Notes: generated by a model not told the origin, from the sequence alone. Numbered from the stretch's first letter, positions 51,296-60,950 are shown. The stretch: 64,000 nt of DNA from Blastocatellia bacterium (GCA_963765495.1 CAVXWP010000008.1:288001-352000), one strand, 5' to 3'. Numbers and translations are program-made.

Positions 51296-51381
51296 CAGGC
51301 TCGATTTGTGAGGATGGAAATCAAGAAACGATTTAAGGCATCAAAGCATCTCTTTCATTCATCATCCTCACACGACATCCG

Positions 51382-52881
51382 TCAATGTTTGATCTTTTGC
51401 CAATAGCTCTCGAATTCGAAATCAGGGCTGTTGGACTGAGTGTGGCATTGAACGCAACCGGATGGAGTGGTCATCTGGCCGTAGCCTTTGCCGGGATTCT
51501 CAACGTGCTGTTTGCCGGGTCCGTGACAGGCTTCGCACTGAACATTGGCAAACTGTGGAGTGGTGACCAGGCTCTGAAATCCACCCTGATTGAAACCCAC
51601 GACATGGCATTTCACGCACTCGGTATCGAACTGCTGATTCTTCTTCTCAAGCGTGGCCATTGCGTGCGCGTGGTTTGTATTCTGCCATATCTGGTACTGC
51701 TGTGTGTGACAGCTGGCACACGCATCCGCGCCAACATAAAGAGAGTTGGTATTGAGTGGTCCCTCGACTCTTACCGGCGTTGGGGTATGAGCCTGCGCGG
51801 CCTGATTTTGCTGCTCGGTAAATTCATCGTGCGCGGCAGTTACGATTCGGACAGCATCCGGGTCATCGGGTATCACCGAATCCATAGCGTTAAAGCGATT
51901 CACCTGATTTTCTATAGCGCCATCGCTTTTGACATAGTAGAGCATCTCGCCCAGATGTTTTGTTTGACTAAAGGCAGTGGTAACGGTTGCCCGGTTGTAA
52001 TGTTCGGGCTCGTCAAGCGAGTTGATCTGTTTGCCTGCAATCACAGTATCGATCTCTGAGTTATTGATCGCAAGTTTCTGAGCCATATCCCTGGGCATGT
52101 AAGCCAGCGCGATAATGACATCAACCTTCTTCTTTAGTTCGGGGAGCACTCGACTGGCTGCTTCAAACGGGTCGGTAATCCGATAGCTTGCATTTGTGGC
52201 GCTATCTATATTGATCTCCGTAAAACCGACGATGCCAACTTTGACCTTCTGTCCGGGAGCGCCTCGCTTGAGAGTGATTTCGCGGATCACATAAGGTTGA
52301 GGTGCGCGGTGAGAGTCATCGAGCGGCTCAACATTGGCAGAAATGAGTTTCGAAATGAACGGAAACTCTTCGATCCTGTTGTCATATCCGTCCTTCTTCA
52401 GCAACTCCGTAAGATAGGGAAGATCGGAATAGCTGATATTGGCAGCGTCGACATGGAATTCGCCGTAACCCTTGACTACCCATCTATTTTTTGTCATAAC
52501 GTCAGAGGGTAACTGGCCTCCAGCAAAACGCTCGTCGGTGAACAGATTGCCTGCATCAACGGAGATAGTGGGGACTTCTCCATTTGAGACGTACTTAAAT
52601 GCGTTGATAAAGCTGGCACGCCGTGCCAGACCACCCATAGGGTGAGCCGGTCAGCCACAGGTTTCGAGGCTGCCGTGAAGGTCAGCGCCGTAAAAGACGG
52701 CAAAGGCGTAACCATCATCTACGCCCAACCGGTCTTTTATTTTCGGATCATTCGGATCAAAGCTCAGGCTTTCAACTTTATCGCTGATCTCATCGGCTCC
52801 TGACCTGGAGCAGCCATGATTTATCGCAGCCAGCGTGGAAATGAACGCCAGTATGATTAATAGTGAGATTTTTCGCCGCAA
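51382..52881 (-). CDS. Predicted selenoprotein: exported UshA/5'-nucleotidase-like domain with a CxU motif, fused to a tetraheme cytochrome c (TGA at 52651-52653 read as Sec)
   Basis: GGAGG RBS and TTG at 52881; the frame runs continuously through ACC TGT GGC TGA CCG GCT CAC CCT ATG GGT GGT CTG (TCG-U-PAHPMGGLARR); four CxxCH motifs (CASCH, CVKCH, CEACH, CVQCH); hairpins immediately 3' of the TGA. Confidence 0.82.
52612..52650 (-). promoter_or_regulatory. Candidate bacterial SECIS element
   Basis: Directly after UGA: GGC-U-CACCC-UAU-GGGUG-GUC with a bulged U, then CUGGCAC-GGC-GUGCCAG with a G-first loop about 28 nt from the UGA. Confidence 0.55.
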
Positions 52882-52986
52882 TGGAAACCTCCGACAATGG
52901 AAAATCGCCTTCGATTCGAAAGGTTGTATGATAGTATAACAACCTGAAGCAGAATCCGAAGGCTGACAGTTCAAAATCATATCATT

Positions 52987-53577
52987 ATGGCCGAAAAAGA
53001 GACCAAAATAATTTTAGCATCTTCATCGCCCAGGCGCGCGGACTTGCTTAGGAATATTGGAGTTGCCTTTGAAGCCGTGCCCAGCGAAATTCACGAATGG
53101 CCTCATTCTGACGAAGCGCCACCGGATTATATCATACGTCTGGCAAGGGCTAAAGTTATTGCCGTGGCCCGCGAAAGGGATTCGGGGCTTGTTATAGGTG
53201 CCGACACAATCGTTGTCCTGGACGGTAGGTTATTGGGCAAACCAGAGAGCAAGGAAGACGCGGCAAACATGTTGAGGCAGCTTGCGGGGCGGTGGCATGC
53301 AGTGATGACCGGCGTAGCCCTCTACGACGCGGCCTCACGTCGCGAAGTTGCTGATTATGACAAGACTCTTGTGCGTTTCGCCCAACTAAGTGAAAAGGAG
53401 ATCGAATGGTACGTAGAGACGGGCGAACCTATGGACAAGGCGGGGGGGTACGGGATACAGGGAGCGGGTGGGATTTTTATAGAAGAGATAGCCGGTAATT
53501 ATTATAATGTCGTAGGTTTACCTATACCGCTCGTCTACCGCCTTGCCAAACGCCTTGGCTATTCTTTTATCCCCTAG
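52987..53577 (+). CDS. maf: Maf-family nucleotide pyrophosphatase (YhdE-type)
   Basis: ILASSSPRR, IGADTIV, LGKP, DKAGGYGIQG and NVVGLP. Confidence 0.95.
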   Translation: MAEKETKIILASSSPRRADLLRNIGVAFEAVPSEIHEWPHSDEAPPDYIIRLARAKVIAVARERDSGLVIGADTIVVLDGRLLGKPESKEDAANMLRQLAGRWHAVMTGVALYDAASRREVADYDKTLVRFAQLSEKEIEWYVETGEPMDKAGGYGIQGAGGIFIEEIAGNYYNVVGLPIPLVYRLAKRLGYSFIP

Positions 53578-53776
53578 CTCTTTGCCTCAATAAATTTACC
53601 TGGTCTCATCTCAATACAATAATAGTGAGGATGTCTCTTACTTGAGTCTGATAACATCCTGCAAGTCGATATATGAAGTTGTAAACGGAGGAATAAAAGA
53701 GACAGGTGGATAATGATATCGAGGGTTGGAGGCGGGCCCGACGGTTTTGGAAAAGTGACAGGGAGGTTTGGTTTAG

Positions 53777-54499
53777 ATGAGCAGGGTCGAAGGAAAGACA
53801 GCGATAGTGACAGGGGGGACTCGCGGAATCGGTTTCCAGATAGCACTCGAATTGTTGAAGCGAAAAGCGAATGTCTTAATCTGTGCTCGGAGCGCAGAGG
53901 AGGTTGAGCGGACCGTTTCAAGTTATGTCTCTGAATATGGGAACACGCTAAGGGGGATAGCCTGTGATGTCCGGGACCATCGTCAGGTTCAGGCATTGGT
54001 TGCAGAGTCTGAACATGCTTTTGGGGGTTTAGATATACTTGTAAACAATGCAGGTGTGGGATCGCACAACCAGGTAGAAGAGATGTCGCCCGATGAGTGG
54101 CGAGCGACAATCGAAACAAACCTCGGTGGAGTTTTTTACTCTTGCAAAGAGGCGATACCGCGGATGAAGAAGAGAGGCGGGGGCTACATAATCAATATTG
54201 GCAGTCTTGCCGGAAAGAATGCCTTTGCCGGGGGCTCGGCTTATTGCGCTTCCAAGTTTGGGCTTATTGGGTTCTCAGAGGCTCTGATGCAAGAGGTAAG
54301 GTATGACCACATCCGGGTCAGTTACGTCATGCCCGGGTCTGTGAATACAACCTTTGGCCGTAGTGGTCTACAGGATTCTTCCACTACATGGAAACTCCTG
54401 CCCGAAGATGTCGCCCTGGTAGTCATGAACCTGCTTGAGATGGACCCTCGCGCCATGCCGAGCCGGGTGGAACTGCGTCCATCAGAGCCTAAGAAATAG
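53777..54499 (+). CDS. Short-chain dehydrogenase/reductase
   Basis: TGGTRGIG, NNAG and YCASK. Confidence 0.92.
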   Translation: MSRVEGKTAIVTGGTRGIGFQIALELLKRKANVLICARSAEEVERTVSSYVSEYGNTLRGIACDVRDHRQVQALVAESEHAFGGLDILVNNAGVGSHNQVEEMSPDEWRATIETNLGGVFYSCKEAIPRMKKRGGGYIINIGSLAGKNAFAGGSAYCASKFGLIGFSEALMQEVRYDHIRVSYVMPGSVNTTFGRSGLQDSSTTWKLLPEDVALVVMNLLEMDPRAMPSRVELRPSEPKK

Positions 54500-54529
54500 C
54501 CTGTGTCTGGTGCGGCCTTACAGGGTCAA

Positions 54530-54558
54530 TTGACATGGGAAATGGCTGGCTGTAGAAT
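54530..54558 (+). promoter_or_regulatory. Near-consensus sigma70 promoter for the cytochrome c biogenesis operon
   Basis: TTGACA-N17-TAGAAT. Confidence 0.7.
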
Positions 54559-54621
54559 CGCTGTGTCAAGAATGTTCATCATAAAGTGGTGGTTTTATCA
54601 TCCTTCTCAACAGGTGCAATT

Positions 54622-56184
54622 ATGGCAACGTCGGAAACAAATGTAAGAAATGATCCTGAATCAAATACGGCTGCTGAAGTAGTAGTCAAGCCAAGTCCCA
54701 GAAAAGAAGTATCCATAGTCGATAAAATATTAGCTCTGCTCAGTTCAGTGCGTTTTGGGGTGACTATGCTCGTCATCCTTTTGATTTGTTGTATGATCGG
54801 AATGCTTATTCAGCAGGTAAACGTAGAGGGATTTCAGGAGTACTTTCAGCGGCTTACACCCGCCCAAAGGTTGATCTACTCAAAGCTGGGATTCTTTGAT
54901 ATTTATCGGTCATGGTATTTTAGCCTTTTGCTTGCCGTAACAGGGTTGAATATTATCCTCGCATCTATAGATCGTTTTCCCACAGCCTGGCTCTATATCT
55001 CAAAGCCAAAGGTAAAGGCATCGCCAAATTTTATCCGCGCTCAGATGTTTAATAGCGAGATAAAAGAGAACATTCCTCCTCAGAAAGTGGCTGAAAGTGT
55101 CCGCGCCGGATGGCGCAGGCTCGGATTTCGAGGTAAGGCAACCGAGGATGGAAAAAGAATCACAGTATTTGCTCAGAAAAACACCTGGAATCGCCTCGGC
55201 GCATATGCAGTCCATGTTGCGCTGCTCACCATCTTCACGGGCGGCTTTTTGACAAACAGATATGGCGTAGGGGGGATGATGGAGATTCGCCCCGGGATGA
55301 CGACGAATGCCTTTAATACCATTGAAGAATCACTCGATGGGCCGAAAGTGGATAGAGCATTCACTCCGTTTCAAGTCGAGTGCGTAGATTTGCAGCAGAA
55401 ACTGATCAGACCCGAGGGCGGGCTCGATGCCCAAAACACGATTGATTGGATCAGCACCGTCAAGATAAAGGATGGCTCGAAAGAGGTCCCGGCAGTTGTG
55501 AAGTTGAATTATCCATTCGATTATCGCGGATACAGGCTTTTTCAATCACAGTTTACGCCGGTCGGGAATGCGCGGAAGATTGTTTTGAGTTTTGAACCCG
55601 CATCAGGCGGGAGCCCACTGCCCGAGGTTACGATCCCGCGAAACGGGTCGGAAGATGTTCCGGGCATTGGGAAAGTGAGTTATGTAGACTTCTTCCCGGA
55701 TTTCAAGATTACGGAATCGGGACCGACGACACAATCCGGGGAATACAACAGCCCTGCCGCGAGGTTGGAAATTACATCACTTGATGGTAAAAAACAGACG
55801 GCCTTTGCCTTCAGCCCAAAGATTGCGGACGAATATTTATCGGCGGCTGAAAAGGCCGACAAGACCGGGGGCGAGAACCCTCTGCTGGTAAATGGATACA
55901 AAGTTATATTAAAAGACTTTGAGAAGGTGGCGCTCGGCCATACGCTTGCAGTTCAGTATGACCCTGGCCGAATACCTGTCTATACGGGATTCACGCTTCT
56001 CATCCTTGCCTTATGTGGGGTTTTCTTTTTCTCTCATCAGAGAGCGTGGGCTGTTATTGAGCCCGATCCTGATGGGGGATCGACAGTGTACTTCGGGGGT
56101 AATACGAATCGAAACAGGCCTGCCTTCGAAGCTCGCTTCAATTCACTGGTTCAATCTGTTTCAGAAGGAAGGAGCCAAAGATGA
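54622..56184 (+). CDS. resB: System II cytochrome c biogenesis protein ResB/CcsB
   Basis: LSSVRFG, IGMLIQQ, DIYRSWYF, VHVALL, LNYPFDYRGYRLFQS and YDPG. Confidence 0.9.
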   Translation: MATSETNVRNDPESNTAAEVVVKPSPRKEVSIVDKILALLSSVRFGVTMLVILLICCMIGMLIQQVNVEGFQEYFQRLTPAQRLIYSKLGFFDIYRSWYFSLLLAVTGLNIILASIDRFPTAWLYISKPKVKASPNFIRAQMFNSEIKENIPPQKVAESVRAGWRRLGFRGKATEDGKRITVFAQKNTWNRLGAYAVHVALLTIFTGGFLTNRYGVGGMMEIRPGMTTNAFNTIEESLDGPKVDRAFTPFQVECVDLQQKLIRPEGGLDAQNTIDWISTVKIKDGSKEVPAVVKLNYPFDYRGYRLFQSQFTPVGNARKIVLSFEPASGGSPLPEVTIPRNGSEDVPGIGKVSYVDFFPDFKITESGPTTQSGEYNSPAARLEITSLDGKKQTAFAFSPKIADEYLSAAEKADKTGGENPLLVNGYKVILKDFEKVALGHTLAVQYDPGRIPVYTGFTLLILALCGVFFFSHQRAWAVIEPDPDGGSTVYFGGNTNRNRPAFEARFNSLVQSVSEGRSQR

Positions 56185-57737
56185 GTAGAGCAATAGACCG
56201 AAATGATGCAATGATGCCTGAACTGGAACTGACCTTGCCCGAGAAGGTGATTGGCATGTGGCCGGTTGTCATGCCTATATTGCTAGCGGTAGTGCTGATC
56301 CTGGCAAGGATTTACATAGGGCCAAAGGGCTTTTTATATGAGGGCGCGCTCACGATGCTTGCGCTCGTATCCTATATCAGCGCCGGAGTCCTGCTCTTAA
56401 CAAACCTCTTTGTAAAAGAGAATGTGCTTTACAGGCTGGGATTGCTGACCGTATCGATGGGGTATTGTTTTAACCTGTCCGGGTGGATGATGCGATGGAT
56501 AGAGGCCGGGGATGCCGAAGGGTGGAAAGAAGGAATCAACGGTGTCTGGCGCTATTTCCCGCTCGATAATCTTTATCCGCTAACGCTCGGATTTTGCGCG
56601 GGCGCAGCCTTGACGACGCTTGTGATTATTAGAAAACCTCGATATCAGTTTCTCGGGGCGCTCTCGATGCCGATAGTGACCGTGATTCTTACGCTTGCTA
56701 CTTTTTTGGGCAATGACATAAGAACGCTTCCTCCAATTCTAAACAGCTATTGGCGACCAATCCATGTGTCGATTGCGACAATCGCATATGGTGTTTGTCT
56801 GGTGAGTTTTGGTCTTGCCTTCGCTTATCTTCTAAAAGACGGGGTCAGAACAGAGGCGATTGCCATTGCGGTGGGGTTGTTTGGGCTGCTTGTGTATTCA
56901 ACGGTTGGGAGATTTGGCATCCCCTTTCATGGTGAGTATGGCGTTTCACTCTTTATGGATAAGATGAGTTTGCCTGTACGGGCAACTCTGCCTGGAGTCG
57001 GTCCCTTAATGGCCGTTGCTCTGATTCTGATATTGAGTGCTGTAATACTGTTTGCGATTGATTTCTGGAAGGGTGATGAGAAAGCGAAAAAATGGGGCTG
57101 GAATCTCTTCAGATCGGCAGTGGTCGTTCAGGCTATAGTGCTGGTCGCGCTGTTTTACCAGGTGAGCAATCTGAGCAATCCAAGTTCTCGTGTTCCGCAA
57201 AGCGCGTTGCCGCAATTCGGCGGATGGCTTTCAAAGCAGATGCAGACGAACGTGCCGCCTGATCGTCAGGCGGAATTGGCACAGAGTTGGATAAACCAGA
57301 ATTCAACATCTCTTATCGTCAACAAGGAGTCTAACCCCGTCGAATTTGGAGCACTCATCGGTTTATTTGTTGCGTTGCTGATTGTGTCATTGTTTGCCTG
57401 GAAGCGGAAAGAGGTGGTCAACTCCCTCCCTCCATTACAGAAGATTGACGGGTTGCTCTACAGAACTGTGGGGGTTGCTTTCCCCTTATTATCTCTTCTT
57501 TTGATTACGGGGGCCGTGTGGGCAAATGAGTCCTGGGGACGTTACTGGGGATGGGATTCAAAAGAGGTAGGGGCTCTCGTAGCATGGATGGCCTATGCAG
57601 GCTTCCTTCACACGAGGATTGCTCACGGCTGGCGAGGCAGACGCAGTGCCTACTTTGCCCTTCTCGGTTTTGCACTGGTGATCTTTACCTGGCTTGGGGT
57701 GAGCTACCTATTGCCGGGATTACATTCCTATGCCTAG
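56181..57737 (+). CDS. ccsA: System II cytochrome c synthase CcsA/ResC
   Basis: LPPILNSYWRPIHV and the WWD domain GAVWANESWGRYWGWDSKE; terminal GLHSYA. Confidence 0.93.
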   Translation: MSRAIDRNDAMMPELELTLPEKVIGMWPVVMPILLAVVLILARIYIGPKGFLYEGALTMLALVSYISAGVLLLTNLFVKENVLYRLGLLTVSMGYCFNLSGWMMRWIEAGDAEGWKEGINGVWRYFPLDNLYPLTLGFCAGAALTTLVIIRKPRYQFLGALSMPIVTVILTLATFLGNDIRTLPPILNSYWRPIHVSIATIAYGVCLVSFGLAFAYLLKDGVRTEAIAIAVGLFGLLVYSTVGRFGIPFHGEYGVSLFMDKMSLPVRATLPGVGPLMAVALILILSAVILFAIDFWKGDEKAKKWGWNLFRSAVVVQAIVLVALFYQVSNLSNPSSRVPQSALPQFGGWLSKQMQTNVPPDRQAELAQSWINQNSTSLIVNKESNPVEFGALIGLFVALLIVSLFAWKRKEVVNSLPPLQKIDGLLYRTVGVAFPLLSLLLITGAVWANESWGRYWGWDSKEVGALVAWMAYAGFLHTRIAHGWRGRRSAYFALLGFALVIFTWLGVSYLLPGLHSYA

Positions 57738-57749
57738 AGTAAGCTGACG

Positions 57750-57776
57750 ACAAAGGCGGGTTATGCCCGCCTTTGT
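57750..57776 (+). terminator. Rho-independent terminator
   Basis: acaaaggcggg-ttatg-cccgcctttgt followed by a T-rich sequence. Confidence 0.75.
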
Positions 57777-57863
57777 AATTTCCTTGAGAGATTTAGATCA
57801 GAGTCTGATAACGTAATTACTGGAAATAGTGTCTTAATTTCTTTGTATGAGGGAGGGGGGGCC

Positions 57864-58550
57864 ATGTCAGGTCAGGGAAGGATGATCAGTTTTAATGTAG
57901 GCGAGCGGACGGCTGAAGGGTATTTGATTGAACCAGGCGAAGGCAGGGGATTGCCGGGTTTAATCGTCATTCAGGAATGGTGGGGTCTTACTGATCATAT
58001 AAAAGATATAGCCGGGCGGTTTGCTGATGAAGGATATGTCGTTTTGGCACCCGATTTATATGATGGAAAGGTGACAAAAGATGCCGAAGAGGCCGGGCTA
58101 TTCATGCAACGGCTCAGCCCGGAGAAGGCCATTGAGACATTGAATGGTGCTGTTACATATCTAAAGAGTCAGGATAGTGTTGATCCGGCGAAGATAGGAG
58201 TTACAGGATTTTGTATGGGTGGGACATATGCCCTGCTTCTTGCCTGTAAGAACTCAGATATAAAGGCTACGGCTCCTTTTTATGGAGATGTGCCCTCGGA
58301 TGAAGTCCTTTCACAACTTTCCGCGCCGGTACTCTTTCAAGGAGCAGAAAATGATGCCTGGATTACACCTGAAAAGATGAGTAAATTAGAGCATGCCCTT
58401 AAAAAGTACGGGAAGGATGGAGATGTGAAAATCTATCCCGGTGTAGGGCACGCATTCTTTAATGACACGCGACCGGATGCTTACGATAAGGGGGCAGCAC
58501 AGGAAGCGTGGAAGAGTGTGTTGAGCTTTTTTGAAGAGAATCTGAAGTAG
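57864..58550 (+). CDS. Dienelactone hydrolase family protein
   Basis: IQEWWGL, APDLY, GFCMGG and GHAFFND. Confidence 0.93.
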   Translation: MSGQGRMISFNVGERTAEGYLIEPGEGRGLPGLIVIQEWWGLTDHIKDIAGRFADEGYVVLAPDLYDGKVTKDAEEAGLFMQRLSPEKAIETLNGAVTYLKSQDSVDPAKIGVTGFCMGGTYALLLACKNSDIKATAPFYGDVPSDEVLSQLSAPVLFQGAENDAWITPEKMSKLEHALKKYGKDGDVKIYPGVGHAFFNDTRPDAYDKGAAQEAWKSVLSFFEENLK

Positions 58551-58612
58551 GTCAAAATAACCGCTGATGCAGTTTGCCTTACATTTTTAACCAGTGTCAA
58601 TTCGGTAGCCTT

Positions 58613-59389
58613 TCAAAGTATCTGTACATCTGCTGAATTTAGAGCTGACCTCAGAACGATGTAAATATCTTTACCAACGCTGGAAAAGTCTGTAGGTGTG
58701 GTCCAGGCTGAGATGTCGAGAGTAGCAGCATCCCCCTCTATTGCAGCTACTCTTATTTCATGTGGTGGGGCTTTGAGAACCCTATCATCCTCAGAGAGGA
58801 CCTTGTCTATTGATTGAAGCGCGTCTTCAACCTTCTCTTGATTCACTTTAAGCTTGAGGTCGAGCCTGCGGCTTTGGCTGAGTGAGTAATTGATTATTTT
58901 TGCTCCCCACACTTTTGAATTTGGCATTATAACTCTAACGCCGTCACTTGTGATCATTTGCATATTGACGATTGTCAATTCATAGACAGTGCCTCGGCTT
59001 CCCTCTACTTCTATGGTCTGTCCGGCTCTGAAGGGCCGGTAAATGAGAAGGAGCAAGCCTGACGCAAAGTTCGATAGGGTATCCTTAAAGGCAAAGCCGA
59101 CAATGATTCCTGTAACGCCGAATCCTGCGATAAATGTTCTTACATCCCACCCTATCTTGCTTAATGCAGTAACAGTAGAGACTAATATAATTGATAGGGA
59201 AATAGCGCGAAGGAAGAAGTTTTTTAAGAGATTGTCATTTCCTATTCGGCCTCGGTCAAGGATAGGACGAAGCCATCGCTTTACCAGCCTTGCGGCAATT
59301 ATTCCGATTGCCATTATCAAAATCGCGTAGAATATATTGGGGGCGATTGAGATGAGACTGCTTCGCCAGTTCTCAAATGCTTGTTGCAT
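58613..59389 (-). CDS. mscS: Small-conductance mechanosensitive channel MscS
   Basis: GFAFKDTLSNFASG, RPFRAG, PNS.VW and IINYS. Confidence 0.9.
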   Translation of the reverse strand: MQQAFENWRSSLISIAPNIFYAILIMAIGIIAARLVKRWLRPILDRGRIGNDNLLKNFFLRAISLSIILVSTVTALSKIGWDVRTFIAGFGVTGIIVGFAFKDTLSNFASGLLLLIYRPFRAGQTIEVEGSRGTVYELTIVNMQMITSDGVRVIMPNSKVWGAKIINYSLSQSRRLDLKLKVNQEKVEDALQSIDKVLSEDDRVLKAPPHEIRVAAIEGDAATLDISAWTTPTDFSSVGKDIYIVLRSALNSADVQIL

Positions 59390-59568
59390 GCTCTTTCCTC
59401 CAGCAAATAGGTCACATGTGGCCGATAAAAATTTCAACCTATCCAGGCGAAACGAAATACAATCAAGATATTATAATACTGTTGCGTCATTACAAAGGTA
59501 TTGAGCCACAAGGATTTAGTTGATACCATGAGATTACTTTAAACCAAAACAAGCGGGGGAAACAAAGA

Positions 59569-60855
59569 ATGGGAAGATTAGGTGTTTGTTGTCTGATAGT
59601 TCTCACAAGCACAAGCTTTATCAGTTCAAATGCTGGAAGAGTTGCAAAGTTTGATAGCTTATCGGCGGACCGGCTGCTCGAACACATAGGGGAAGCAAGG
59701 AAAAGGCTTGAAAGTGAGCAGGTTGAAATCTTATCCGATGTTGTTGGAAGCAGAAGAGTGCGGATAGGAAGGCGAAAATATAGAACAGAGCCTGTAATTG
59801 GGGTAGTAGGTCGTGAAATGGCTCTTGCCATTTTGGATGTCGATGGGAATATCCAGATTGCAAGAGGTATCAAGCGGGACAAAGGGCTTGATGTATTGAC
59901 TCCCGGGTTTATTTTGTCTGTCAGGCGCGATAATGGAATCAATTCCGACATTTCATGTGTAATGCCGTCTGGTGGTAAAGTTCTTGCGGTCAAATATCCG
60001 ATCGACAACAAGGGGAATCGCTTTGGAGCACGTGGGGAAGTTATACAGGCAATATATACTCCCTACTCGGCAGAGATAAAATCTGAGGATCTGATTGAGC
60101 GCGGGATCAAAGTACAAAATGACTTTATTGAGAAGGCATATATAGCTCTGGAAAAGCGCGGAGTGATGTCGCTTGCATACACCGGGAAGAAGGTAATTGA
60201 TGTGGTGCGGCGTGACGTTCTGACCGTCTTATTGATGAATGAGCACATCGATCCTTCACTCTTTAAGTCATCCGGTTTAACGAGACCTCTTGTTGAGCAA
60301 GTTCTGACGACAATCGCTACTAATAGGGAAAGAGCATATGCTTACTCCATTAGTTCTGCTGGCGCTCGGGGATTGATTCAAATGATACCCTCTACCTATT
60401 ACCTGATTGCACGGAAATATCCACTGGCAAGACTCAATCCCAACTTTATTGATGGAATGATAGATCCGGTGAATGCAGTAATGGCTCAGGTACTGCTTTG
60501 TGATTCGGACTGGCAGGCGATAAGATCGAGAGAGGATGTAGGACCGGAGAGGATCGGTCCTTATCTGGCTGCTGCCTATAATGGTGGAGTGGGGCGTGTT
60601 CTGTCGGTTTTTGCACACGATGAGACCGATTGGATGGAGAGTCCCGAGCCTGGTCGCAAGCCTACAATGACTGTGACGAAGAGAGTTCCGGTCAGAGTAA
60701 GGACACGACGGGGGAGAAAGACGAAATACGTTTTGAAGAGCTATACGCAACCAATCTTTCGTTCGGAGACCAGCAAGTATGTGAGACAGTACCACTGGAT
60801 AAACGACTATTTTGTGGGACGGAATACAGAAGGATTTAAAGAGCTGGAAGAGTAA
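59569..60855 (+). CDS. Exported SLT-like lytic transglycosylase-domain protein
   Basis: SSAGARGLIQMIPSTY (motif II), LAAAYNGG (motif III) and ETSKYV. Confidence 0.75.
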   Translation: MGRLGVCCLIVLTSTSFISSNAGRVAKFDSLSADRLLEHIGEARKRLESEQVEILSDVVGSRRVRIGRRKYRTEPVIGVVGREMALAILDVDGNIQIARGIKRDKGLDVLTPGFILSVRRDNGINSDISCVMPSGGKVLAVKYPIDNKGNRFGARGEVIQAIYTPYSAEIKSEDLIERGIKVQNDFIEKAYIALEKRGVMSLAYTGKKVIDVVRRDVLTVLLMNEHIDPSLFKSSGLTRPLVEQVLTTIATNRERAYAYSISSAGARGLIQMIPSTYYLIARKYPLARLNPNFIDGMIDPVNAVMAQVLLCDSDWQAIRSREDVGPERIGPYLAAAYNGGVGRVLSVFAHDETDWMESPEPGRKPTMTVTKRVPVRVRTRRGRKTKYVLKSYTQPIFRSETSKYVRQYHWINDYFVGRNTEGFKELEE

Positions 60856-60950
60856 ATCTGGTTGCTAAATCGAGTTGCCTGAGCCTAAAACGCCTATCAT
60901 TGTTAGTTATTTTGAGATTCGTTTCTGAGGCTTCTCGGGATAAAAATAAA

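Noticed and set aside
52651-52980. Standalone 109-aa ORF, or a nonsense pseudogene
   Set aside because: It is in frame with the downstream ORF, ends precisely at CG-TGA within a conserved fold motif, and is followed by hairpins. Sec read-through is more parsimonious, though unproven.
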